Assembly (NCBI RefSeq): GCF_001194135.2
Contig: NC_068984.1
Coordinates: 73,735,942-73,799,941, forward strand
Direction: 5' to 3'
DNA: 64,000 bases
DNA from: Octopus bimaculoides
Lineage: Eukaryota
Shown here: one piece after another, positions 13,902-23,529 of the stretch
Layout of the letters: each line of letters begins with the position of its first letter
How positions within the stretch are numbered: position 1 is the stretch's first letter
The notes under the pieces: generated by a model
Told to the model about the DNA's origin: nothing
The model's database searches: none
Seen by the model: only the letters and a program-made list of their open reading frames with translations
Position numbers and translations under genes: made by a program

Positions 13902-16900
13902 CTTTGTCTCCCACCACAATTTGACAGCTGGCATTGGTGTGTTTATATCCCTGTAAGTTAGTGGTTCAGCAAAAAGAGACTAATAGAATAAGTACCAGGC
14001 TTTAAAAACAAAATAAATAAGTACTAGGATTTATAGTGCCCCAGCATGGCCACAGTCTAATGACTGAAACAGATAGATGTGTCATTAAAGGAAACACTGT
14101 GCTGTTGCTAGACCAGTTCAAAATAGTAGCCAAATCAGATTGTACCATTACTTTTTTAAATGGAAGAAAGTGTAACTGAATAATGTAGTCTAATATCTTC
14201 AAAAAAAAAAAAAAATGACATGTATACATACATGAACCACATGGTTCTGAGTTCAGTCCCACTGCACAGCACTTTGGGAAATTGTGTTCTACTATAGCCA
14301 TGGGCTGACCAAAGCCTTGTGAGCAGATTTGGTAGAGGGAAACTGAAAAGAAGCTCATCATATNNNNNNNNNNNNNNNNNNNNNNNNNNNNNNNNNNNNN
14401 NNNNNNNNNNNNNNNNNNNNNNNNNNNNNNNNNNNNNNNNNNNNNNNNNNNNATAAATTTATGTGTGTCTTTGAGTCTGTGTTTGTCCCCTGCCATCATT
14501 TGGCGAATGGTGTAGGTTTGTTTACATCCCCATAACTTACCAATTTGGCAAAAGAGGCCGATAGAATAAATACTAGGCTTAAAATATATATGTATAAATA
14601 CTGAGATCGATTCATTTGAATGAAATGTCTTCCAAGCATGACCGCAGTTTGCAACAAGTAAAAAAAAAAAATATATATATATACAGCCATCATCAAAATA
14701 TCTTCAAACATAGATCTGACAGTGCAGGGATGACCAAAGAATGGGGTCGAAATAATGCCTTTTAGTTAGGAACTACTTAAATAATTGTTTTATTTTCTAT
14801 CATTCCAGAGTTCCAAAAGAGTTCCAAGTACAGATGACTTCTGACAGTGACCCTGAAATTGTAGTGACCCCTAAATTTGGTGTACTTCCTGTTGTTGGTG
14901 AGCGTGGGGTTGAATTAAATGTTTTGTTTACACCAATTGCCTATGGCCAAGAAAACTTTGCCACCTTAATGGTTCAGGTAAACTAATGAGTGTCAAAAAT
15001 TTTATTCTCATTGATTGTAGTTGAAGGCATATATACATGCATGCATACATGCATACATACATTCATACATACATACATACTTGCGTTCATATGCAGATAT
15101 ATACTTGCAGTAATACATGCATACACACATGTACATACATACATACATACTAACATTCGTTCACAGATACATACTTGCATTCATACATGCATACACTGAT
15201 GTACATAAATACATACATATGTACATGTGTACATACATACATGCATTCATTCATACATACATGCATTCATGCATTATTTTATGCATAAATTCATTCATGC
15301 ATACATGCTTAAACTTATGCATACATACATATACATGCATGCATGTATATGTATATATTCAACACTTCTTGTATCAACACACATTTTATTTAAACATGAA
15401 TAGCGCACAAATACAGGGTGTTCAAAAAGTCTCTCTGCAGTGATTTTTTTTTCATCCTATGCATCACCATGATGCTACTTCAAGAAATTTTTCGTGAATG
15501 TATTATTTCAAAGGGACTTTGGCCACCATAATCCCCTGATTTAACACCACTAGACTTTCTTTCCTGGGGAAAAAGTAAAGAATCAGTGTTCAAGAATCGC
15601 CCCAAAACCATTAAATACATACTGCGGAGAGACTTTTTGAACACCCTATAGAACTCTTCAAGAATGCTCAAAATTATAGGTCTTATTTTCACTTAATTTC
15701 TCTTATGGTAACAACTCTTCAGAACCAGAAAATAATTCCAACATTCAATAATGACTGACACCTTACAGTGCTCTGGTGAAACCCAAAATGGAGTACTGCT
15801 TCCACATCTGGGATAGTACTAGTGTTTTCACACAGTCATCCTAACCCACATCTAGAGTAACATCATTGTACTGATTAGTATGAAGTTACTCTCAGATACA
15901 CTCCAGCATATGTCTCACGGCTGTGCTGTCTTTTCTTTCTGACCTTTTTAACACTATTATAAAGGCCTCTATGCCTTGGAGCTGGCTGGTTTCATGCCAT
16001 TTCCATTTTGGCACTCTCGATTCACTCTGCTCTCTCCTCTCATCAACCATGTTTTTCTAGTCCCCAGACCTAGTGCTTCCACCATTGAGCTTTGGCGTTT
16101 GGGATTTCCTTCCATTTTACCTGCAAGCATTGATACAGTTTAAGCATAACTTTAATAGCGTCAATTTCATCAGTCTCCAACGGCCTGTCAATGCTGCATT
16201 ACATGTTCTTCCAGACCAAGCACATGAGTAAACGATGTGAACTTTTTGTGGCATCTCTACACATGGTCATTGATATAACTCCACTGCCACACTGTTGAAT
16301 ATTGAATATCGATGAGTATTTTAAAGGCACCAGAAGTTTTTGATTTCTTTTTATCTTTTTTGCCAGGAGGCAAATACTTAGGAGGTTGTTAAGCTTTTGT
16401 TCATGTGTGTGTGTGTGTTTGTATGTCTACATACTCACATATATAAGTTGCTAGCAAGGACACAGTGTTTTGTTTTGCAACCATGATATACTATCATGTA
16501 TAGTAAAGGTTTATAAGTCAGTGTTGTGCTTTACCTTTATGTTAATGGTGCAATGTTTCTGACTCTGACAGAGTTTCTGTAGAATTCAGAGCCAGCTGGA
16601 AAATCTGTAGAGATAAACTTAAAAATGAGCACTTATNNNNNNNNNNNNNNNNNNNNNNNNNNNNNNNNNNNNNNNNNNNNNNNNNNNNNNNNNNNNNNNN
16701 NNNNNNNNNNNNNNNNNNNNNNNNNNNNNNNNNNNNNNNNNNNNNNNNNNNNNNNNNNNNNNNNNNNNNNNNNNNNNNNNNNNNNNNNNNNNNNNNNNNN
16801 NNNNNNNNNNNNNNNNNNNNNNNNNNNNNNNNNNNNNNNNNNNNNNNNNNNNNNNNNNNNNNNNNNNNNNNNNNNNNNNNNNNNNNNNNNNNNNNNNNNN

Positions 16901-18476
16901 NNNNNNNNNNNNNNNNNNNNNNNNNNNNNNNNNNNNNNNNNNNNNNNNNNNNNNNNNNNNNNNNNAAGGTATGGACTCGTACACAGTTTCAATTGTTTCC
17001 AAAGGAATTTTTGTCCATTCTTCAGCTAAAACAATCTCCAGGTCTTGTAGTGATGATGGTGGAGGATATCGACTCCTTACGTGTTTTTCTAAAATGCATC
17101 ATAAATGTTCAATAATATTGAGATCTGGGGACTGTAGTGGCCAGAAAAGATATTCATCTTCACTAGAATGTTTCTTGTGCCATTCAGTAACAACTTTAGC
17201 TGTGTGAATTGGTGCATTATCATCCTGAAAGATTGTATTTCCCTCCGGAAACAGTTCCACAACCATAGGATGAATTTGATCAGATAAAATGCTTAAATAG
17301 TCTTGACTATTAATTCTGCCATGAAGGGAAACCACTGGGCCGGCGAATAGCCCCCAGATCATCACAGATCCTCCTCTATGTTTAACAGTTGAAAGAAGGC
17401 AATCTGGGTCAAATGCTTCTTTTGGCTGTCTCCACACGTATACTCAGTCAGTGGTCAGAAATAAGGTAAAGAATGACTCGTCCGAGAAAATAATATTCTT
17501 CTACTGCTCTAGGGACCACTCCCATAGGTTTTTACTCCACTCTAAATGCTTTGCAATATTTGTTTTTGAAAGTAGTTGTCTGATTGCAGCCCTCCCATGA
17601 AATCTGGCTTTATGCAGCTCCTGGCAAACTGGGTTGTCGAGGTGGTCATTAAGCTCTGCAGTAATTTTAGGAACTGTACTTTTGTGATTCTTTTGAACAA
17701 TTTGCGTAAGAATCTGACGGTCTCTGTCTGAAAGTTTTGGTTTTCTTCTGGAGTTTTGTTTTGACAAGGAAGTTTTCCCTCTTTCCCAAAGGCTGTCAAT
17801 ACTTTCGAGACAGTACTTCTTGATACACCAAACATTTTGGCTGTTTTTGTTACACTAGCACCTGCCATACAAGCACCAACAATTTGACCTCTTTGAAAGT
17901 CTGATAGATCTGTCATTTTAATGAATTTTAATTACCTTTTTCTGATGATATCTGAAAAGAAGCAGCAATTTTAGTAAAACCTATTAAGCAACACTAATAA
18001 TAAATCAAAAAACATAAAAATAAACAGACTTTTGATGGTTTTATAGATATTTCAAAATTATGATGCTATGATGCTAGGTGTTTCCATTATTTTGTCCAAC
18101 ACCTGTATATATATTTATCATGATAATATATGTATCATCACCATTATCAACATCATTTTAATATCCACTTTTCAATGCTTACATAGATCAATCATTGTTT
18201 ACACAAAACACATAAATCTGTAAATTACTATCTGTTTGTTTACAATTCCAGACGGATTCAATGCAGTGGACCTATGACATCTGGGCTTACCTAGCAAAAT
18301 ACGAACCCCCAAGGGGAAAATCAAAGCCACCTATTGCAAGACCTCATCCCATGCCACAGTTAAGAGGTCCTTTCAGAGATTTTGTACTTGAGAACTGTCA
18401 GCTCACTCGAACTGCCGTGTCATCTCCTATGAAAGGGGCTCCTATTATTAGACATCAACGGAGATCTCTGTATTGA
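491..18476 (+). CDS. CFAP47: CFAP47-like (cilia- and flagella-associated protein 47) C-terminal part; join(491-647,4913-5102,6436-6668,9120-9288,12139-12300,14809-14977,18252-18476); 5'-partial
   Basis: Seven segments bounded by AG/GT splice with matching phases (0/1,1/2,2/1,1/2,2/2,2/0,0/stop) into 1305 nt = 434 aa + TGA, no internal stop. Motifs FHNPLNE, WTFPIIGIPE, WRFPLTFIA and RDFVLENCQLTRTAVSSPMKGAPI match my recollection of the CFAP47 C-terminus (recognised from memory, not searched). Confidence 0.85.
2965..3240 (-). mobile_element. Short non-autonomous retro-element with (ATG)n-type tail (probably RTE-associated)
   Basis: catcatcatcgtttaacgtc...ctggatgcccttcctaatgccaacc block ending in a (CAT)n tract; no ORF; family assignment is from memory. 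Confidence 0.5.
3312..3530 (+). mobile_element. tRNA-derived SINE family A copy (about 25 copies or fragments in the window)
   Basis: ggcagcgagctggcagaatc (A-box-like) ... gagttcaaattcc (B-box) ... gactttgcctttcatcctttcggggttgataaaataagtac central domain. Further copies near 72, 1247, 1865, 3950, 20000, 20300, 24090, 27945, 33085, 35300, 37180, 37390, 37620, 40640 and 50820. Confidence 0.8.
4197..4732 (-). mobile_element. Full ~540-bp copy of repeat family F5, flanked by (ATT)n on both sides
   Basis: Reverse complement aligns end to end with 62335-62885 and 63180-63690. Confidence 0.85.
4913..5102 (+). CDS. CFAP47: CFAP47-like exon (DKCSLTAQSVFNIDLIKKTSILLGPFQTLGIPIIFSPITRTTYRSVCVVSINRSKEEKWHFK)
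   Basis: Acceptor ggaag|AT (phase 1), donor AAAG|GTAATC (phase 2); fits both neighbouring exons; overlaps ORF 4906-5106. Confidence 0.8.
5540..5935 (-). mobile_element. RTE-clade LINE 3' fragment (degenerate RT C-terminus)
   Basis: Minus-strand translation LRIKLGIRGIRCGVQERQLCWFGHLMHM...EGT*GRGIPRKI*DKVLRHDL resembles the RTE R-L-R-W-F-G-H-V-x-R-M / G-R-G-R-P-R-K-T-W end; contains stops. Confidence 0.7.
6436..6668 (+). CDS. CFAP47: CFAP47-like exon (LSLSTINWTFPIIGIPEYQDIEQMPMSIFECDVRNSASYQLVINLT...EFASDYE)
   Basis: Acceptor tttgaag|T, donor GAAG|GTAGGT; overlaps ORF 6443-6802; W-x-FPI-x-GIPE motif. Confidence 0.85.
6783..7214 (-). mobile_element. tRNA-derived SINE family B copy with internal (TA)n/(CA)n
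   Basis: Head ggctgtgtggtaagaagcttgcttcccaaccacatggttc..ggttcagtccc; tail gctccagcatggc..cagtc. Other copies at 13661, 14235, 35547 and 35955. Confidence 0.8.
7599..7815. mobile_element. piggyBac-type MITE
   Basis: Termini CCCTTTAGC...GCTAAAGGG, flanks CTAA / TTAA (TTAA target duplication with one change). Confidence 0.75.
9120..9288 (+). CDS. CFAP47: CFAP47-like exon (GELPDISFHLEFLDNQARVALVNIVSLQLLKTFTKHDNPDHVVLIFSVHFSPMKNI)
   Basis: Acceptor tctttttag|GT, donor CAA|GTAAGT; open frame in phase 1 to 2. Confidence 0.85.
10926..11146. mobile_element. piggyBac-type MITE, same family as 7599-7815 in opposite orientation
   Basis: Termini CCCTTTAGCATT / AATGCTAAAGGG, flanks TTGA / TTAA; internal cagattactc end and ggccatatcc end are swapped relative to 7599-7815. 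A terminal fragment is also at ~1405-1429. Confidence 0.75.
11470..11790 (-). mobile_element. tRNA-derived SINE family C copy
   Basis: Minus-strand head with gttcgaatcccggaccggg and ttgagcaagacattttatttcacgttgctccagttcactcagctg central domain; related copies at ~5290-5485 and ~54160-54400. Confidence 0.7.
12139..12300 (+). CDS. CFAP47: CFAP47-like exon (NVTHLAITKKNGCVWRFPLTFIADNPVIDDTIVIKSLKLKEKSVARFYLHSNE)
   Basis: Acceptor ttgaacag|A, donor AAA|GTAAGT; 162 nt symmetric phase-2 exon. Confidence 0.88.
12824..13193 (+). mobile_element. Helentron-type non-autonomous element (HINE/DINE-1-like)
   Basis: 5' hairpin tacctctgcc-ttagtgaa-ggtggaggta, (TTTG)n microsatellite, 3' sub-terminal ggtggaggt followed by a ctctgagtgc stem and T-rich flank. 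Confidence 0.65.
13661..14075 (+). mobile_element. SINE family B copy
   Basis: ggctgtgaggtaagaagcttgcttcc...ggttcagtcc head; ccagcatggccacagtctaatgactgaaac tail. Confidence 0.8.
14809..14977 (+). CDS. CFAP47: CFAP47-like exon (VPKEFQVQMTSDSDPEIVVTPKFGVLPVVGERGVELNVLFTPIAYGQENFATLMVQ)
   Basis: Acceptor cattccag|A, donor CAG|GTAAAC; phase 2 to 0. Confidence 0.88.
15414..15648 (+). mobile_element. Internally deleted mariner-like mini-element
   Basis: 28-bp TIRs (cagggtgttcaaaaagtctctctgcagt / actgcggagagactttttgaacacccta, 26/28 match), TA on both flanks; interior translates IISKGLWPP*SPDLTPLDFLSWG (mariner SPDL-x-P-x-D motif). Confidence 0.8.
16966..18105 (-). mobile_element. Degenerate Tc1-family transposon with DD36E spacing (Incomer-like) in the last CFAP47 intron
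   Basis: ORF pieces MTDLSDFQRGQIVG..., ...FSDES..., VWRQPKEAFDP...FQDDNAPIH...SPDLNIIEHL with frameshifts and stops; TIR caggtgttggacaaaataatggaaacacct ends at 18105 next to TA; the other end falls in the 16637-16965 gap. Confidence 0.9.
18252..18476 (+). CDS. CFAP47: CFAP47-like terminal coding exon (TDSMQWTYDIW...SSPMKGAPIIRHQRRSLY*)
   Basis: Acceptor caattccag|ACG, stop TGA at 18474-18476; contains ORF 18261-18476. Confidence 0.88.
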   Translation, partial: TDSMQWTYDIWAYLAKYEPPRGKSKPPIARPHPMPQLRGPFRDFVLENCQLTRTAVSSPMKGAPIIRHQRRSLY

Positions 18477-18518
18477 TTACATATTTCATCTCTACTTGGC
18501 TTATTTTGATGCTCCTTA

Positions 18519-18524
18519 AATAAA
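18519..18524 (+). promoter_or_regulatory. Candidate polyadenylation signal AATAAA of the CFAP47-like gene
   Basis: First AATAAA 42 nt after the stop, followed by T-rich sequence. Confidence 0.45.
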
Positions 18525-18694
18525 TAGTTTTTGCAAAATTTGAACCTTTCTTTTCTTGTTCATTTTCATTTTTTTTATATTATAAAGTTGTGTGAACCCT
18601 AACATGCCAGAATCATTAGTGTTTAGGAATAAATGCTTAGCAGTATTGTTCTAAGTTCAAATTTTTCCAAGGTCAACTTTACCAGTCTCTATCG

Positions 18695-18742
<48 letters not shown>

Positions 18743-21700
18743 ATATTTCAGGATGGTCATTTAAAAAAAAAAAATTTATTGCTAGATAGACACATGCATT
18801 ATTTATTCATTCTTCACTCATTTATTATTGTTCTTATTTTTTATCTCATGTCCATTGTGACCTTTTTAGCGACTCTTCCATCCTACATGTCTCCTCCTGT
18901 TCTAGTTAGTCAATTCTGTCAATTTCGGTGTGTATATACACATATCCTTTCTGGGTCAATAAAATAAAGTACCAGTCATGTACTGAAATCGATGTAATTG
19001 ACTTTCCCTCCTACCACTAAAATTGCTGACTGTGTCAAAATTTGGAAGAATTATTAAGGCACACGGCCCTGTAGTAGGTTCCTTTCTTCAACCAGGTGCA
19101 CATAGTGTGTCATTGGGGGTAAGCAACTTCATTTTATATTGCTCCAGTCTACTGAGCTGAAAAGGAATACTACTTGTGTGCTAATGAAGCCTTTTTCACC
19201 TCTAAATGTCACATTGTATTCTCAATGCTCTGCTGGATCAAGGGTAGGAGAACCAAGAGGATGTATATATCTACTTGAGACGATATATGCTCCTACAGAA
19301 ATAAATGAAAACATAGTATTTGTTACCTAATTATACTTGCTTGTGCATAGTATTTATACTCATGAGGGATAGATGGCATGGGAAATGCAAATCAGAGTGG
19401 CTAATAAACTCCAACCCAGGCTCAGTATACTAGAACAAGTCTAATAGCAGACAACTAGGGTAAAGGGGAGTTGAAAAGAACATTTGGCAGAGAATTCAAG
19501 AGACTGAAAATTAACCCATTGTAAATGGTAGAAGTCCAAAACTAAAAGCTTTTTACGATAATTATGTTCATTTACATTGTAAACTAAGATTGTGTATGAT
19601 TGAATCTTTAAATTAGGTATACAGTCAAGTATACAATTTCCATTTTGCAGCATTCTCTTGTTGTCTGGCAATGACCAAGTCCCAAGGTTGCTGAACTGAA
19701 ATGGTCCATCCTGTTATAGTTTTATTTCATTTTCTTTTTCCTTATCATTCAGTCAGGAAGGAAAGAGCAGCATCCATGACCACTGTTTTTTACAGATCCT
19801 CCCAGATTGGATAAAAAAAGAAAAATTATTGTTAAACCAGAGGCCTGTTCCAAACACTTGCAGCAGAGTGAACTAGCTAAAAGTATTCAAGGTGTGACAA
19901 TATTAAATCCAGTGACAGATTAAGTCTCAACCTTCTAAGAATGCAGAAAGAATGAAAATTAGGGAGACCAAACAGCATCTCACATGATGATATAACAATT
20001 CTACTAATCCCACTGCTCTGGGTTAGTACTTATTTTATCAACCCCCAAAAAGGTTAAAGGTAAAGTTGACTTTAGTGGGATGTGAACTTATAGAACAGAA
20101 GTTCAGAACAAATACCACAAATTATTTTGATTTGGTCCCAAGCACATGATTCTGCCAATTCATCGCATTGATTCCAGTTAATTCCCCATGCATTTTTGGT
20201 TTCAGAATCAGGTAGGCTTTTTTTACAACCTTCCATCACCCTCATCAATGCTTGAAAGATGAAAGGTTTCTTATATAAGTGCAAGGACACATATTTTAAG
20301 GGAATGCTTAGTTGGTTCTGGGGACCCCAGTACATGACCGGTAATTTATTTTATCAATTCAGGTATGATAAAACACAAGGTCCTTTGATGGGATTTGAAC
20401 TTTAAATATAAAGGGATGTACCTAAGATATCACAAGGAATTTTGTCCTTTGCTCTACCGAGTCTGCCAATCTAGCAGGCTTGTTTGATTTCTGGTCAATT
20501 CTGATCAAACAAACCTATGTATGAGTAACGGCATTCCAATTGTGACCACCTCCTTTTCCTATGTACAAGGAATCCAAGAGTACATCCTCCAAGATGTTAG
20601 TTTTTAATATAGTACAATGTGAGTTAAGGAAATCTGTCTGTTATGCCGAACAAGTCAAGTAACATATAACTGCTGAATGCTTCACTTGTTTATAGTGGTC
20701 AGTCCAAATTCAAGTCATACCAAAAGTCATTAGCTACAGATATTTGTGTCTTTTCAGTTTTTTTTCTTCTTTTCTTTTTTGGAGCGAGGATAGGATTTAG
20801 TATGATGCGGAGCAGAAACTCCAATGAACATTTTTCAGAGATTTTCTACAGATATAGAAATTAGTGCCTCAAAAATGAAGATAACCTTAAACTAGACTTG
20901 GTCTAAATTCCTATGATAAAGTGAACTCTAGGCAACCGGGATGGGGGGAAAATGTGGTTTTAAATTGAGTGACCAATCAAGTTACCTTTTAACTAATTTC
21001 ACAAGGTATAAGTTGCCCACAGGCTGTAGGCACTTCCATGAGATGGTACACTGTGAGGTTGGCTTTGGAAAGGCATCAATGAGAAGTGAAATCCTAAATA
21101 AAATGATCATGCTTATGCTCTTCTACATTGAGTCATGGAACTTGAAAATAAACCCAAACCAAGTCGAGAAGGGAGTTTTATTTTCAAGAGGAATATCTAC
21201 ACTGAGCAATGCAAAGAAGTTGAAAGTGAAAAGCACTAAACTAAAGGGTTTGCTGTTCAGTTTTGTCACTGTCAATGGTTTACACTGAAAATCTTAACCA
21301 TTGTTAATTATTGCACGTGTATAGATTCCAGCAAGTGTAAAAGTTGGTGACGTTAGTTAGTGGAGGTGGGAGATGTTGGCATGTGTGTAATTGTTATGAA
21401 AGCGTGCATGTGAGAGCGTGTGCTAGTGTGTGGGAATAAACACATTAATGAAAATCATATAATGGCAATAGCAAGGTGGGAAATTGTAATGTGTGCGCAA
21501 GCGTTTATACAAAAGCAAGTAGGAGATGAAAAGTGTTATTTTCAGATATGCAGCGACAAAACAAAGGAGGGAGTTTTAAGCCAAAATATGAATATTAATA
21601 AAAATTATGAAGGTCGAATTCGTAATGAGACGAAAAATTCAAGAAAATCAGAAAGCTTTCATTAAATTAGCAAAATCTCTAGAGAAATTGATCGTCCACA

Positions 21701-21818
21701 AGTTCATAAAAAGTGTCCGGTGTGATGATACAATCCAAGAAGATGAAGTAGCGTAGATTAAAAAGAGTATGTACGTATATGTATGTACGTACGTATATAT
21801 ATATATTATATATATGTA

Positions 21819-21866
<48 letters not shown>

Positions 21867-22270
21867 GTATGTACGTATGTATGTACGTATATCAGCCCTT
21901 ACCGTTTGTTTTAACTGTCCTGTTTTTGTTATCACTTTAACCCTCCGCGAATCCCANNNNNNNNNNNNNNNNNNNNNNNNNNNNNNNNNNNNNNNNNNNN
22001 NNNNNNNNNNNNNNNNNNNNNNNNNNNNNNNNNNNNNNNNNNNNNNNNNNNNNNNNNNNNNNNNNNNNNNNNNNNNNNNNNNNNNNNNNNNNNNNNNNNN
22101 NNNNNNNNNNNNNNNNNNNNNNNNNNNNNNNNNNNNNNNNNNNNNNNNNNNNNNNNNNNNNNNNNNNNNNNNNNNNNNNNNNNNNNNNNNNNNNNNNNNN
22201 NNNNNNNNNNNNNNNNNNNNNNNNNNNNNNNNNNNNNNNNNNNNNNNNNNNNNNNNNNNNNNNNNNNNNN

Positions 22271-22301
<31 letters not shown>

Positions 22302-23490
22302 CGTATCAAAGGGAATTGGAAATTGATTAAAATTTTCACCTCCAAGTGGCCTAGCGTATAAAAGTTTAGTCCAAAAACTATGAATTACTCATAAGGTACG
22401 AGGAATCCACTGGTAGGATTCCTTACGCTAGAAAGAACTGCTAGATTCTAGAACCACAAAACTAGGGATAAAATCCCGAAAAGGAACGAAATGAAAAATA
22501 AAAACTTTTACCATATCTTTCCTGGACCAAATTGGTTTCTGACTTATTTTAGCAATTTAAAATAATTTGCTAGGTGAAGTCGTTATCAACAGGTACACCC
22601 AAGACTAAAATATATAAACATGAGATAATCAATTCCATACCTCCCGTTTATACATCCTAATTTTTTCGGATCTATTGTGCAGGCGCAGCTCCTTGCTGGC
22701 AATAAAAATATTTTATAAGCTTAAAACTTATAAGCGATCACCATGCATTGACTTAAGCTTATAAAATATTATTATTATTCACAGAATTGTAAAATCGACA
22801 AATCATTGCATTGAAGATTGGGCCTTGACTGCATCACAGTATTTTCCAAAGCTAAGTTCGACTTATCTTAGATTTCTTATAAAAGTTTTTTTGAGGCAAT
22901 TCATACGCGTCGCTGAGAAATACTTATGATGCTTTCACTCAAAAAAAAAAAAAAAAANNNNNNNNNNAAAAAAAAAAAAAAAAAATGAAGCTCGTTTCAC
23001 ATTTCTGAAATACATCAGATGTAAGCTGGTCATACTCAGTGCCCGCTGTAAGATCAACAAATAAAAATGTTTATTTTTTTTCTCATGCTTACTTTTCAAT
23101 TCATCCATTAGCTTAAATGCTGTAATTGTGCTGAATAACTTAGCTCATGACAACAATTTTAGGTGTTTCTTTGTCTCTAAAGCTCTTCAACTGTCTTGAA
23201 GCATTCATCCGCACCTAAACTCTGGAAATAACATGTTAGGCCCCTCTTGTTAAGAGATGCCCAGAGAGAAGGATAAGAATGGGAGGGCACCAGAAAATGG
23301 CGTAACAGACTACTTATCAGCATCAATAAATTCACAAAATCTTTTCGCCCGAGAAACTGAAATTGTTTAGTTTGAAAAGAATATTTTCCATAGCAAGTTT
23401 CAGTTTCCTTGTGTCAGTTTCCGTGTTGCATTGTTCAAAACATAGACTAAAAAGATTTGCAGGAATGCTGTTTGTTACTTTTTTGTTATT

Positions 23491-23529
<39 letters not shown>

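Noticed and set aside
19050-21100. Minus-strand exon-like pieces (acceptor at 19293/19292; 108-nt segment near 20987-21094; short piece near 19620-19700) suggesting a convergent gene
   Set aside because: Splice-like signals exist, but translations are short, unrecognisable and could not be chained into a credible protein.
21937-21956. TTAA|CCCT possible piggyBac left end
   Set aside because: Runs straight into an N gap; no matching right end found.
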